From the NCBI GenBank assembly GCA_963700285.1, contig CAVOXA010000010.1, positions 1,376,001 through 1,440,000 of the forward strand: a stretch of 64,000 bases of DNA, given 5' to 3'. The position numbers were made by a program, and so were the translations under genes. Positions within the stretch are counted from its first letter, which is position 1. Each line of letters opens with the position of its first letter. Positions 21,174 through 31,630 of this stretch are shown in pieces. Under the pieces are notes generated by a model. The model ran no database searches. It was not told the origin of the DNA and saw only the letters and a list, made by a program, of their open reading frames with translations. The DNA comes from an uncultured Chloroflexia bacterium (lineage in GTDB: Bacteria > Chloroflexota > Anaerolineae > JAAYZQ01).

Positions 21174-23939
21174 CTAGTCACCGCTTGACTTGGATTGGCG
21201 TTCCTTCCGACGGGCGGCGATCGTTGCCACAGACCCCTCAAAGTCGCTGATGGAGCCATAGAATTTCATCATCCAGGCCACCACGCCCGTCCAGCCGGTC
21301 TGGTGGCTGGCGCCCAGTCCGGCGCCGTTGTCGCCGTGAAAGTACTCGTAAAACAGGATGTGGTCGCGCCAGTGCGGGTCGGTCTGGAATTTCTCCTGGC
21401 CGCCGTAGACCGGGCGCCGTCCCTCAGCATCCTGCAGGAAGATGCGGTTGAGTCGAAGCGACAACTCCTGGCTTACCTGCCACAAGGTCATCTGCTGCCC
21501 GGAACCGGTGGGACATTCGACGGTGAACTCGTCCCCGTAATAGGCGTAGAGCGTGACCAGTCCCCGAATGAGCAGCAAATTCATGGGGAACCAGATCGGG
21601 CCGCGCCAGTTGGAGTTGCCGCCAAACATGCGGGTGTTGGATTCGGCCGGCAGGTAATCCACCCGGTATTCAGCGCCACCCACGTTCAGCACGTAGGGAT
21701 GCTCCCGGTGGATTTGGGAAATGGATCGGATCCCATAGGGGCTCAAGAACTCGGCCTCATCCAGCATCCTGGACAGAACCTGTCGCAGTTTGGATTCATC
21801 GAGCACGGCGAGCAGCCGCCGGTTGTTTGGCCCGGGATCCTTCAGCGACGGGATGTTGTTGACCAGTTGCGGCCTATGCTCGTTCAGCCAGTTGACCCGT
21901 TCCATGAATTGCGGCAGGCGCTGAACCTGCTCCGGCAGGACCACCGTGCAAGCGGCCAGCGGCAGCAGGCCTACCAGGGAGCGAACCTTGAGGCGCGTAG
22001 CTCGGCCATCGGGCAGGCGCAGCACGTCGTAGAAAAAGCCGTCTTGGTCATCCCACAACCCGTCGGCCCGCGCGCCAAGCGGATCCATCGCGCCACAGAT
22101 CCACAGAAAATGTTCAAAGAACTTGCTCGCCAGCGGCTGGTAGCTGGGGTCATGCAGGGCCAACTCCAGCGCAATTTGCAGCATGGACAGGGAGTAGAAC
22201 GCCATCCAGGCCGTGCCGTCCGATTGTTCTATGTGGCCACCGGTGGGCAGTGGCGCGCTGCGGTCAAAGACGCCGATGTTGTCCAGACCCAGGAAACCGC
22301 CGCCAAAAACGTCCTTGCCGTCCGGGTCTTTTCGATTCACCCACCAGGTAAAGTTCAGCATCAGTTTGTGGAATGCGTCCTTCAGAAAGGCGATGTCGCC
22401 CTCTCCACGGCGCGCCCTGTCGATGGCATAGACCCGCATGAGCGCCCACGCGTGGACCGGTGGATTCACGTCACTGAAATTCCACTCGTAGGCAGGCAAT
22501 TGGCCGTTGGCGTGTAGGTACCGCTCATCCAGCATCAACGCCAACTGGTCCTTGGCGAAATCGAGATCGACCATGGCCAGGGCAATGGTGTGGAAGGCCA
22601 GATCCCAAGCCGCATACCAGGGATACTCCCATTTATCCGGCATGGAGATGATATCGGCATTCACCATGTGGTACCAGTTCTTGTTGCGGATTGAAGCCTG
22701 CTGCAGACCGGCCCGATCGGCGAAACCGTGCTCGTTGAGCCACCGCGTCACGTCATAATTGTAATACTGCTTGCTCCAGAGCATGCCGGCTAGCGCCTGG
22801 CGCATCACATTTCTCTCATCCGCGGACAGCCCGTCTGGCGCAATCTCCGCGTAGAAGGCGTCTGCCTCATTTCGACGCGTCTGCATGACGGTGTCAAAGT
22901 GCCGGCCAAAGGGATTGCCCTGGTCGGGATAGGGAACGCCTGGCGTTTGCAGGTCTGTCTCTGTCAGGCGCAGCCGGATCGCTTCGCTCTGACCCGGACC
23001 AACAACCAGTTGAAAATGGGGCGCTGCTTTGGTGCCCGTCTGAGCCGGGTTCACCGCCTCGCGCTGTCCTGCCACCACAGCGTCGTTGATCCCGTCCTTA
23101 ACATAGGGATTGGCATTGGCTTTGCCGAACAGGCGCGCCGTGTTTGTCTCGTTGTCGGTGAACAGGGACGGTGCGTCGCCCGAGACGTACAAGAAACGCT
23201 GACCCAGCAGTGGATGGCTGGCCGCGATTGCACTGAACCCTTGCTCACTGCGGACCTGCTGCAGGCTGGGTTTGGGTGCGCCCCCGGACCAGGACCAGGT
23301 GTTGCGGAACCAGAGCGTCGGCAGCACGTGCAGCGTAGCTGTCTCCGGTCCCCGGTTAAAGGCCGTGATCTGGATCAGAATGTCTTCCGGCGACTCTTTG
23401 GCGTATTCGACCAAGACATCGAAGTAGCGGTCCTGATCAAACACGCCCGTGTCGAGCAATTCATACTCAAAGTCGCCTGCCGTGCGCTGCTGGTTGGTCT
23501 GGATCAGGTCGGCGTAGGGAAATTCGGCCTGGGGATACTTGTACAGGTACTTCATGTAGGAATGGGTCGGCGTGTTGTCCAGGTAGAAATAGACCTCCTT
23601 GACATCCTCGCCGTGGTTGCCCTCGGAATTGGTCAGGCCGAATAGCCGCTCTTTGAGGATCGGATCCCTTCCATTCCACAATGCCAGGGCAAAGCAGAGC
23701 AATTGCCGGTCGTCCGAGATGCCCGCCAGGCCGTCTTCACCCCAGCGGTAGGCGCGCGACCGCGCTTGATCGTGGGTAAAGTAGGCCCAGGCATCGCCGT
23801 CCTCGCTATAGTCCTCGCGCACGACGCCCCATTGCCGTTCGCTCAGATAGGGTCCCCATTTCTTCCACGGGATTTGCTCATCCCGCGCCGCTTCCAAGCG
23901 TTTTTCTTCTGGATTCATGTCACTTTGCCCACTTGCCAT
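21174..23939 (-). CDS. GH63 / MGH1-like glucosidase
   Basis: [45 protein letters not shown] and [20 protein letters not shown]. Confidence 0.92.
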   Translation of the reverse strand: MASGQSDMNPEEKRLEAARDEQIPWKKWGPYLSERQWGVVREDYSEDGDAWAYFTHDQARSRAYRWGEDGLAGISDDRQLLCFALALWNGRDPILKERLFGLTNSEGNHGEDVKEVYFYLDNTPTHSYMKYLYKYPQAEFPYADLIQTNQQRTAGDFEYELLDTGVFDQDRYFDVLVEYAKESPEDILIQITAFNRGPETATLHVLPTLWFRNTWSWSGGAPKPSLQQVRSEQGFSAIAASHPLLGQRFLYVSGDAPSLFTDNETNTARLFGKANANPYVKDGINDAVVAGQREAVNPAQTGTKAAPHFQLVVGPGQSEAIRLRLTETDLQTPGVPYPDQGNPFGRHFDTVMQTRRNEADAFYAEIAPDGLSADERNVMRQALAGMLWSKQYYNYDVTRWLNEHGFADRAGLQQASIRNKNWYHMVNADIISMPDKWEYPWYAAWDLAFHTIALAMVDLDFAKDQLALMLDERYLHANGQLPAYEWNFSDVNPPVHAWALMRVYAIDRARRGEGDIAFLKDAFHKLMLNFTWWVNRKDPDGKDVFGGGFLGLDNIGVFDRSAPLPTGGHIEQSDGTAWMAFYSLSMLQIALELALHDPSYQPLASKFFEHFLWICGAMDPLGARADGLWDDQDGFFYDVLRLPDGRATRLKVRSLVGLLPLAACTVVLPEQVQRLPQFMERVNWLNEHRPQLVNNIPSLKDPGPNNRRLLAVLDESKLRQVLSRMLDEAEFLSPYGIRSISQIHREHPYVLNVGGAEYRVDYLPAESNTRMFGGNSNWRGPIWFPMNLLLIRGLVTLYAYYGDEFTVECPTGSGQQMTLWQVSQELSLRLNRIFLQDAEGRRPVYGGQEKFQTDPHWRDHILFYEYFHGDNGAGLGASHQTGWTGVVAWMMKFYGSISDFEGSVATIAARRKERQSKSSGD

Positions 23940-23951
23940 ATCATACCCTCT

Positions 23952-24036
23952 TGTCTTTTCATAAAGTCGGGGAAGGTGGGGTTGTGTGCGGGCGGCAAAG
24001 CCGCCCGCACACAACCCCCAGTTATTGAGAAGATAC
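23952..24036. repeat. MITE/REP-like element, copy 2
   Basis: GGGGTTGTGTGCGGGCGGC-aaa-GCCGCCCGCACACAACCCC followed by TTGAGAAGATAC, as at 3745-3833. Confidence 0.7.
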
Positions 24037-24056
24037 GACCACAGCGCTCGCCATGG

Positions 24057-24368
24057 TTAGTAGGCCGCTTCCGGGTAGCCCGGTATGCCGCGCCGGTTGT
24101 TGGCTATCTGAGCCCACTTCATGATGTCCAGCAGCACGCCCATGCCGATCCACATCCAGTCCCAGCCAGAGATGCCGAGCCCGGGACTCCAGGCGAGCAG
24201 GTACATGATCGTGGTGTAGGGCGCCAGGATGATGCCCAGTAAGGGCCAGAACCAGTTGCCCCTCCAAACGACGTCCCATCGCTGGCTAAAGATCCAGGCC
24301 AGGATCAGCACCACGCGCGGCGCGAACGCCGCGCCCATTGCTAAAAGACAACCACATCCTAGTAACAT
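24057..24368 (-). CDS. Small Trp-rich membrane protein
   Basis: 103 aa, RBS AGGAGG, 3 hydrophobic segments (PRVVLIL..W, LGIILAPYTT). Confidence 0.75.
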   Translation of the reverse strand: MLLGCGCLLAMGAAFAPRVVLILAWIFSQRWDVVWRGNWFWPLLGIILAPYTTIMYLLAWSPGLGISGWDWMWIGMGVLLDIMKWAQIANNRRGIPGYPEAAY

Positions 24369-24598
24369 GACTTCCTCCTTGTTGAATTGATTCTACGTAC
24401 AGATTTGTAAGTCATTACCCTTTGTCTAACACTCCAGACTGCCTAGATCTGCGGCCAAATGAGACCTGCCCTGTAGAGCGCCATACGGGGCCGGTCACGG
24501 CCGCTGTGCCCTTTGATGTCTATCAGCGGCGTGTCTGTACTTGTGGTCATGTCACCCTGGTCCTGGCGGTCCAGTCCTCTGCTACCGCAGGAGAAGGT

Positions 24599-24946
24599 TC
24601 AGGTTCCCAGTAGCTTTTGCTTGCCAGCCGCAAACTCTTCATCGCTCAGCACACCCGAGTCGTGGAGCTGGGCGAGCTGCTGAAGCTGGGCGGTCAGATC
24701 TGGCGCGGGCGCCTGCTGAACCGGAGCCGCATACTGCTGCGGAGGTGGAGCAGCCTGCTGGGCCTGCGCATCGGCTGCGCCATCCTCGTAAGCCTCATCA
24801 TACTGTTGCTGCGCGGCAGCATCTTGCTGCGCATATTTCTGGTTCTGGTGGTGGTGGACTGCACCGGCTGTGCCGGCCACGACCGCCGTGCCTACGGCGA
24901 CACGTGCCACACTTCGTCTTCTCATTGCTCTTCTAGCTCTAGGCAT
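24599..24946 (-). CDS. SHOCT domain-containing protein
   Basis: C-terminal QLQQLAQLHDSGVLSDEEFAAGKQKLL; N-terminal ARVAVGTAVVAGTA. Confidence 0.85.
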   Translation of the reverse strand: MPRARRAMRRRSVARVAVGTAVVAGTAGAVHHHQNQKYAQQDAAAQQQYDEAYEDGAADAQAQQAAPPPQQYAAPVQQAPAPDLTAQLQQLAQLHDSGVLSDEEFAAGKQKLLGT

Positions 24947-24990
24947 ATCAGCCTCCTGATCTTTGGTTTTGGTCAAGTCTTGGACCCTGG

Positions 24991-25422
24991 CTAAGATTCA
25001 GCCTGGGCAAATATCTCTAACGTTTCATTCACGACCTCGTAGGGGATCCGGTCATAGGCCACCATCCGGCCGCTGGAACGGGTTACGGCTTCCCCGAACT
25101 TGATCGCCCACAGGTTTTCAATCAACAGCAAGGCGGCGGTGGTATTATCTTCCATCTCCGCAGCGATCATCTCGATATCTTCGACCTGGATGATGCCGCT
25201 GACTTCGATCTCCAGCGGGTCAAAGACGGCTAGAATATCAGGTGCCAGCTCCTCAATCTCGAGAACCTGGGTTTCCCCATCCTGATCCTTCAGGATGATA
25301 ACCAGATCGATCACCCGCACGATCTGTTTTTGTACCAACTCGAGCAGAGCGGGCAAACTCTCTCCTGTGAGCTGGTCGGTCTTGAACTCAAGGGCTACAA
25401 AATCGATGGGTCCGTAAGACAT
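24991..25422 (-). CDS. DUF6325-family protein
   Basis: GPIDFVALEF...VRVIDLVII.KD..G...LLIENLWA...RIP; the usual neighbour of SHOCT genes. Confidence 0.75.
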   Translation of the reverse strand: MSYGPIDFVALEFKTDQLTGESLPALLELVQKQIVRVIDLVIILKDQDGETQVLEIEELAPDILAVFDPLEIEVSGIIQVEDIEMIAAEMEDNTTAALLLIENLWAIKFGEAVTRSSGRMVAYDRIPYEVVNETLEIFAQAES

Positions 25423-25439
25423 AATTATTCTCCCTTCTA

Positions 25440-26003
25440 TCAGCGGCCCTCGTGGGCCATCTCGTCGATGCACACCGCCACGGCCAGGATGATCACGTCA
25501 TCCTGCCCGGGATCAATCGATACGCCATAGCTGTCGCGCACGCGGAACCACTTTTTGGAGACCTCCGCCACCTTGTCGCGGCCTTCGCCGATGGTGTACT
25601 CGTGATCCACAAGGTTGCCTTGCACCTCCAGATCGGGTCCGCCCTTGATCTTGACCGTCCAACGCTCGCGAACGGGGGTGACCATGGCTTTCTTGACCAT
25701 GGCAAGCTGCTCGCCGCCTGGTCCTTCGATCTCCATGCTGTCCTTGACCCGCACCTTGCGTTCCTGGATCTTGGCCAGCTCTTTGCCCTGCGCGTCTTCA
25801 AAGACCAGGGTCTGGCGCACCCGCAGCGCCTTTCCATCTATCTTGAAGGCTTTCTGGCCCTGCTCGTTCTCGATCCAGAAATCATCGCCGATGGCCGCCA
25901 TCTTCTGCCGCATCTGGTAGCGGTTCCCTCCGCCCCCCGGTCGCCCGAGCTGGCGGTCGTCCTGGCGCTCATCGCGCCGTTCGCTTCTTCTTCCTGGTGA
26001 CAT
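25440..26003 (-). CDS. LURP-one-related / scramblase-like (Tubby C) protein
   Basis: MRQKMAAIGDDFWIEN...GNLVDHEY...SKKWFRVRDSYGV. Confidence 0.88.
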   Translation of the reverse strand: MSPGRRSERRDERQDDRQLGRPGGGGNRYQMRQKMAAIGDDFWIENEQGQKAFKIDGKALRVRQTLVFEDAQGKELAKIQERKVRVKDSMEIEGPGGEQLAMVKKAMVTPVRERWTVKIKGGPDLEVQGNLVDHEYTIGEGRDKVAEVSKKWFRVRDSYGVSIDPGQDDVIILAVAVCIDEMAHEGR

Positions 26004-26016
26004 GTCTGTCTCCTCT

Positions 26017-26439
26017 CTATTCTATCGATTTCGTTTCTTGCGATTCGCTGCGGAGTACGGCGGCTGCCCCGGTGCCGTCCCGGTGCCGCGCTTGGCTCTG
26101 CCGGATGGCCGCCAGCAGGTAATCCGGCGAATCGCCGAGCAAAACAAAGGCATCGGCGCCGGCAGCCAGGGCCTCTTGCCGGACGCCTTCGTCGCGGCCA
26201 AGCACGATGACCTGGGTGTTGCATCGGGCCCGCTTGGCCCTGGCCAGCAGCAGGCTGGGGGAATAACCGGGTAGATCCCAATCGAGGAGGACCAGATCCG
26301 GACGGCTCGACCGCAGCAGGCTGCTCACGCTGGCGGCTTCGCTCGCTGTGCCGACAACGTCTGCACCTGGCTCCTCTCGGAGCAGGATCCCCAGGGCCAA
26401 CCTCAAGTCCAACTGCGCGCTGGCCAGCACTATCTTCAT
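26017..26439 (-). CDS. Stand-alone response regulator receiver protein (atypical)
   Basis: MKIVLAS...PDLVLLDWDLPG...ALAAGADAFV; acidic pocket and conserved Lys are degenerate. Confidence 0.8.
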   Translation of the reverse strand: MKIVLASAQLDLRLALGILLREEPGADVVGTASEAASVSSLLRSSRPDLVLLDWDLPGYSPSLLLARAKRARCNTQVIVLGRDEGVRQEALAAGADAFVLLGDSPDYLLAAIRQSQARHRDGTGAAAVLRSESQETKSIE

Positions 26440-26664
26440 TCCATACTCCCTCCTGGTCTCTCGAGTTCGACCCGGTATATCCAGTATACATGCCAGGTCT
26501 ACAGGACGCAATTGGCTTCTGGTGTATCTTGAGCCTGGATGGATGGCGTATTTTGGGTATTAACAATCGTCTATGGCCAGCATTGACCTCTGTTCTGGTC
26601 CGAGAGGAAAACGACTCGGCCGTAGGGTACATGAGGTGCAACGCACTTGTGAGAAAAGTGCGTT
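26392..26664 (-). repeat. 273-bp duplicated promoter/5' module, copy 1
   Basis: Colinear and highly similar to 28293-28565. Confidence 0.95.
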
Positions 26665-27374
26665 TATTCCTTCTGCTCGACCATGGGGGACACGCCATTC
26701 TCTGCACCCGCGCCCCGGCGGCGCAGATTATTGGCCAGGATGTAGATGCTGATGACCAGCACCCAGGCCGGGAAGATCAGCGTCACCCACAGGCTGTAGC
26801 CGAGACTCACCATGAGGAACAGCGCCAGCCCATAGGTCAGGAGGGCCAGCCAGCGTGGCATGACACGGGTGCGGACCCAGATGGTGCCCAGCGAGATCAT
26901 GAACACTCCCGCCATGCGCATGGCATAAATGTTGGTGATCTGGTGCACTATCTGCCGGCCATAGGTGTACAGGCCGCTGTCGACCATCTGGGCAGGTATC
27001 TGGGCATAGGTGGCCAACAGACCCCCTGTCAGCGCCGCCGAGGCGAAGATCATGGCCAGGAACAGCAGGCCGCTGCCAAAGAGCACGGTCGAAAAAAAGC
27101 GGTCCTCCAACTCCCCGAGGCGGTCGCGCATCACACCGATGAACCACAGGAAGGCGATCCCGGCGAATGGCACCAGGCTCAGGGCCAGGGCCACCGCGCC
27201 CGATCGCTCCTTCATCCAGATGCCGCCATCGGCCGGGTCGGCCGGGATGGAGACCCGGACGAGGATAAGGGCCGTGCCGAGCAGCACGGCAAAGAGGATG
27301 CCGGCCACGGCTGCGGCGCGAGGCGTCGTCAGCCGCGGATTGGTCAAGGACACTGCGTCGTCGCTCACTTTCAT
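26664..27374 (-). CDS. Conserved hypothetical integral membrane protein
   Basis: LTTPRAAAVAGILF...PFAGIAFLWFIGV.RDR; 5-6 TM helices. Confidence 0.8.
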   Translation of the reverse strand: MKVSDDAVSLTNPRLTTPRAAAVAGILFAVLLGTALILVRVSIPADPADGGIWMKERSGAVALALSLVPFAGIAFLWFIGVMRDRLGELEDRFFSTVLFGSGLLFLAMIFASAALTGGLLATYAQIPAQMVDSGLYTYGRQIVHQITNIYAMRMAGVFMISLGTIWVRTRVMPRWLALLTYGLALFLMVSLGYSLWVTLIFPAWVLVISIYILANNLRRRGAGAENGVSPMVEQKE

Positions 27375-27486
27375 CTTGCTTGCCTCCTTCTTGTGCGAAT
27401 GGAGGTCTGCAGCGCCTCAGCGTCGAATCCGGCGAGAAGGCCCCGCCCAGGGCGCCGGCACCACTCCGACCCGGAACCAATAGCCC

Positions 27487-28275
27487 TCAGGATTTGGAAG
27501 CTCCAATTTGCCTGTGCAGATCGATCAGAGTCTGCTGGCTCACCCGCAGGAAACCCTCTTGCGGCCGGTCCAGATCGACGATCAACAGCAGGACCACGGT
27601 AAAGATCGTGATCATCACCAGGACGCCGGACATATCGCGCTGTCCGGTGTGGCCGCTTTGAAAGCCGATCAACAGCATGCTCAGTGTAGCCATTACGTAC
27701 AGCCCTGTCACGAGGGTCGGGGGAAGGCGCGATGTGAGCACAGCCGCGGCGCGCCTGGCCTGCATGTTGATGACCTCGGTCAACGAATCGAGGAAGAGCG
27801 AAATCTCATCCCTGCCGGGATTCTCGTTCACCATTTCCTCTGCCATCTTCCATAGTTCCGCGAGGATCTCTTCCGAGCGGGCCACAACCTCCTCAATGCT
27901 GGTCCCCGCGACAGCGGCCAGGCGCAGATCCACATACTCGCGCAGTCTACTGCGCGTTTCGATGGAGTAGGGCTCGGGCAGGTAGCCGGCCTGCAAGTAG
28001 GCTGCGCGGATGGCCGTGGCCTCGTCCACCACCAACTGCCGGCGGTAGTCGAAACGGCTGGTGGCTATACTCACCACGAAAGCCAACACGAAGGCGAGCA
28101 GGGCCAGCGTGGCGCCCGCCATCGCATCGAGTCCCGCTCCCGTCCCCAACTTGGCGCTCGCCTGCCGGAAGAGGCCATATTGGTTGCCTACTACGAACGC
28201 CGCGAGCGCCACCAGAAAGGTCAAAACATATACAGCCCGAATTGGGATGGAGTCCAAGCTCTTGGTACTTGACAT
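27487..28275 (-). CDS. DUF4239 / bestrophin-like membrane protein
   Basis: LALLAFVLAF...RFDYRRQLVVDEATAI...LIVDLDRPQEG; start MSSTKS at 28275 with RBS GAGGAGG. Confidence 0.8.
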   Translation of the reverse strand: MSSTKSLDSIPIRAVYVLTFLVALAAFVVGNQYGLFRQASAKLGTGAGLDAMAGATLALLAFVLAFVVSIATSRFDYRRQLVVDEATAIRAAYLQAGYLPEPYSIETRSRLREYVDLRLAAVAGTSIEEVVARSEEILAELWKMAEEMVNENPGRDEISLFLDSLTEVINMQARRAAAVLTSRLPPTLVTGLYVMATLSMLLIGFQSGHTGQRDMSGVLVMITIFTVVLLLIVDLDRPQEGFLRVSQQTLIDLHRQIGASKS

Positions 28276-28292
28276 AGGTCTATGGGCCTCCT

Positions 28293-28565
28293 CAGGGCCA
28301 ACCTCAAGTCCAACTATGCGCTGGCCAGCACGATTCTCATTCCATACTCTCTCGCGGTCTCTCGAACTCGACACGCTAGATCCAGTATACGTGCCAGGTC
28401 TACAGAACGCAATTGGCTTCTGATGTATCTTGAGCCTGGATAGATGGCGTATTTTGGGTATTAACAATCGTCTATGGCCAGCATCAACCTCTGTTCTGGT
28501 CCGAGAGGACAACGACTCAGCCGTAGGGTACATGAGGTGCAACGCACTTGTGAGAAAAGTGCGTT
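28293..28565 (-). repeat. 273-bp duplicated promoter/5' module, copy 2
   Basis: Matches 26392-26664; overlaps the hairpin AGGTGCAACGCACTT-gtgagaa-AAGTGCGTTGCACCT. Confidence 0.95.
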
Positions 28566-28628
28566 GCACCTGGGCCGGCCTGGTGAGCGTCGGGGTAAGC
28601 GGCCGGAATGAACTGTCGCAGGAGAATG

Positions 28629-29297
28629 TTAGCGGAATTTTGAGGAGACCAGCTTGTGCTCCACAGCGAGCCTGGCAGCTTCGGTGCGGTTACTGGCGCC
28701 AAGCTTGGAGAGGATTTGGCTGACGTATACGCGCACGGTGGCCGGGCTGAGGGTCAGCCTTTCGGCAATCTCCTTGTTCGTCAGACCGTTGGCCAACAGC
28801 GCGAGAACCTCTCGCTCTCGCGCTGTTAGGTCATGTCCCAAAAGCGGGGGCCGGCGGACAGACTTGATCAGGAGTTGCATGGCATCCGGGTCTATTGTAG
28901 AACGGCCCAGGTGCGCAGCCCGGATTGCTTCCGCGAGTTCGTCGGCACTCACCTTCTTGAGCAGATAGCCGATAGCTCCGGCCCCGATGGCCCGCTGGAC
29001 CAGGTCCTCTTCCACGAAACTGGTCAGGGCCAGGACCTGTACGTGGGGCCAGGCTTCCCGGACGAGGGAGGTGGCGGTAGGGCCATCCATGTTGGGCATG
29101 ACTACGTCCATCAAGATTACATCGGGTTGGGCCTGCTGGCAGAGCCTCACGGCCTCCTCCCCGTCCTCGGCGACGGCGACTACTTCCAGATCATCGAACG
29201 TAGACACCAGCAGTTTCAATCCATCGCGCACCAGCAGATGGTCATCTACGATCATGACACGGACCGGTTTTCGGTCAGACGGAGTTGTACGATCCAT
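28629..29297 (-). CDS. NarL/LuxR-family response regulator
   Basis: IVDDH, DVILMD, GYLLK; HTH LTAREREVLALLANGLTNKEIA. Confidence 0.95.
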   Translation of the reverse strand: MDRTTPSDRKPVRVMIVDDHLLVRDGLKLLVSTFDDLEVVAVAEDGEEAVRLCQQAQPDVILMDVVMPNMDGPTATSLVREAWPHVQVLALTSFVEEDLVQRAIGAGAIGYLLKKVSADELAEAIRAAHLGRSTIDPDAMQLLIKSVRRPPLLGHDLTAREREVLALLANGLTNKEIAERLTLSPATVRVYVSQILSKLGASNRTEAARLAVEHKLVSSKFR

Positions 29298-29348
29298 GGA
29301 ACGGTCCTTTCGGGTATACGCCGGATGACAGAGGACAAATGAGAGTGT

Positions 29349-31505
29349 TCATGTGTCCTCCGTCCTCTGTCCACCGTCCTTCTGCCAGGTGACGGCTACC
29401 TTTGTACCGCGACCTACCTGGCTCTCCATCACCAACCGCAGCCCGAGCTCCTCCGCCCGTTCGCGCATGATACGCAAGCCCATCCGCTCCGCCGGAACAG
29501 AGTTGGGGTCGAAGCCCTGGCCGTCATCTTGGATGGTCAGTTCTACCCCCTCGGGCAGGTCATGCACAGCCGTGGTGACGTGTGTGGCCCGGGCGTGCCT
29601 GGCAATATTGTTGAAAGCCTCCTGGGCGATGCGATACAAGCCAATCTTGATCTCAGGGGGCGGTTCGACCTCGCCATCAATCTTCAGGTCAACGCCGAGC
29701 CGTCCGCGACCGCGCAACGAGGCTGCCAACTGTCCCAGCAAAACACCAAGATCGGCCGTGTCCAAGGCTTCAGGGCGCAACTCGAAAAGCAGTGTGCGCA
29801 TCTCGGCCAGAGCGCCCAACACCACCTGTCGCATGTGAAGGGCAGTGCGCTTGGCATCTTCCAGATCGCGCTCCAGGACGCGGGGCAGCGCGTCGGACAG
29901 GATGCTCACAGAGTACAGGGTCTGGGTGATCGAATCATGGAGCTCGCGCGCAAGGCGGTGGCGCTCCTCGGCCACGGCTGACGCTTGTGCCTGCCGGGAC
30001 AAGCGGGCGCCATCAATGGCGGCAGCCAGGTCGAGGGCGACGGTCTCGGCCAGGCGCCTCTCGTCCGCCGTGAACAGGCGTCCCGGCTGGTCGCTGGCGA
30101 CCCACAGCAGGCCGACGGTCGTACCCCGGATCACGAGCGGGACGAACAGAACAGACTGGACCTGCCGGTGCACCAACAACTCGCGCTCCAGGTCCGACAG
30201 CGGCAGGGACCGAAGATCCGCGACGACCTGCGACCTGGCCTCGCGCAGTACCCGGCCGACAAGGGGCAGCTCGTCCAGAGAGAAGTGGAAGCGGGTGAGG
30301 CCGGCCTGTCCAGAACCGGGCTCACACCCGACATGGAAAAGTCCTGCCTCCTCGCCTTCCGACCAGATGATGTGCGCACAATGAGCGGCAAACAGGCCGG
30401 CTATGATCTCGCTGGCCTGCGCCAGGCTTGTTGGCAGTTCGGCTGCGGCGGCCATGGTATGGGCGATGCGGTTCAGCACGGTCAGCTCCTCAACGCGCCG
30501 CCGCAGCGTCTCCTCGGCCTCTACCCGTTCGGTGATGTCGGTGCACACGGCAAGGCTGCCCCGGTAGTTGCCCTGGGGATCCAGGATCGGGCTTGCGGAA
30601 ACGAGTATGGGGACCTTTCCGCTGTCTGGGCGCCGGAAGACCGTCTCGTACGTATCGGAAAGGCCTGCTCTGCGCCGGGCGAGCCAGCCCAGGTGGCGCT
30701 CCTGGCCCTCGGCGGAAAAGAGCTTGACCGAGGACTGGCCCAACAACTCGTCGCGCGCCCAGCCCGTCATGGCACACAAGGAGTCGTTCACGTAGGTCAG
30801 CAGCGTTTGCTCGTCCACCACGGCCAGGCCCTCGTGCATGTTCTCGACGAGGAGCCTGTACCGCTCCTCGCTCGCCCGCAACGCTTCCTCGGCTCGTCTT
30901 TCTGCGGTGATGTCCAGCATGTGGACCACCAGGCCCAGAACGTTGCCCTGTTCGTCCTGGTGCGGGACAGAAGTCGCCCGCACGTAAGCGAACTGCCCCG
31001 CTACGCTTACGGATTGAAGTTCATGGGCCACGGTCTGCCGGCTGGTCAAAGCCTGCCGAAAATAGGGTCCACTTTGCTCAGTTCCTCCAGGACGGGCGAC
31101 CGCCTCATAGCTCTTACCTACGATATTCTCCTTAGAGTACCCCAGCCATTCTGCCAGGGCGCGGTTGACGTGCAGGACATTCAAGGCCGGACCGAAATAG
31201 ACGACATAGGCCGGGATGCTGTCGAGGATGAGGTCCAGTTCTTCCCGCGTCCGGCGCAGTTCCTCGTTCTGCATCTCCAGCTCGACCCGATGCACGCGCA
31301 GCTCCTCATTCTGCATCTCCAGCTCGATCTGATGCACGCGCAACTCGTGGACCAGACGCCGAAGCTGCTCGGGCGAAAGCGCCGCCAGGTCCTGGTTCCC
31401 GCTTGCCCTGGCTTTTTCCTCCGCTCGCCGGCGCAGGGCTGTCGAGTCCACCACGCGGTCGGCGAAATCTTTTCGTCCATCATTCTGGGTCGTCATGCTG
31501 ACCAT
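29349..31505 (-). CDS. PAS-PAS-GAF sensor histidine kinase (HisKA_3)
   Basis: Two PAS/PAC domains (DITAER, DITER), GAF, ERHRLARELHDS, QEAFNNIARHA, DDGQGF. Confidence 0.95.
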   Translation of the reverse strand: MVSMTTQNDGRKDFADRVVDSTALRRRAEEKARASGNQDLAALSPEQLRRLVHELRVHQIELEMQNEELRVHRVELEMQNEELRRTREELDLILDSIPAYVVYFGPALNVLHVNRALAEWLGYSKENIVGKSYEAVARPGGTEQSGPYFRQALTSRQTVAHELQSVSVAGQFAYVRATSVPHQDEQGNVLGLVVHMLDITAERRAEEALRASEERYRLLVENMHEGLAVVDEQTLLTYVNDSLCAMTGWARDELLGQSSVKLFSAEGQERHLGWLARRRAGLSDTYETVFRRPDSGKVPILVSASPILDPQGNYRGSLAVCTDITERVEAEETLRRRVEELTVLNRIAHTMAAAAELPTSLAQASEIIAGLFAAHCAHIIWSEGEEAGLFHVGCEPGSGQAGLTRFHFSLDELPLVGRVLREARSQVVADLRSLPLSDLERELLVHRQVQSVLFVPLVIRGTTVGLLWVASDQPGRLFTADERRLAETVALDLAAAIDGARLSRQAQASAVAEERHRLARELHDSITQTLYSVSILSDALPRVLERDLEDAKRTALHMRQVVLGALAEMRTLLFELRPEALDTADLGVLLGQLAASLRGRGRLGVDLKIDGEVEPPPEIKIGLYRIAQEAFNNIARHARATHVTTAVHDLPEGVELTIQDDGQGFDPNSVPAERMGLRIMRERAEELGLRLVMESQVGRGTKVAVTWQKDGGQRTEDT

Positions 31506-31630
31506 CCTGGAAGGTCAAGATCGCGTTTCTTCCTTGCCTTGCTCCAATGGCGGGGAGTGTGCGCCCGCCCGCTCATCATTCTATCAGCTTTGAGAAGAGG
31601 TGTCAATCTACGGGGCCAGGGCCTTGGGGG

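Noticed and set aside
27487-28569. 360-aa version of the DUF4239 ORF and the 289-aa ORF at 25838-26707 as a paralogous protein pair
   Set aside because: Their shared N-termini are just translations of the duplicated non-coding module; RBS-supported starts are at 28275 and 26439.
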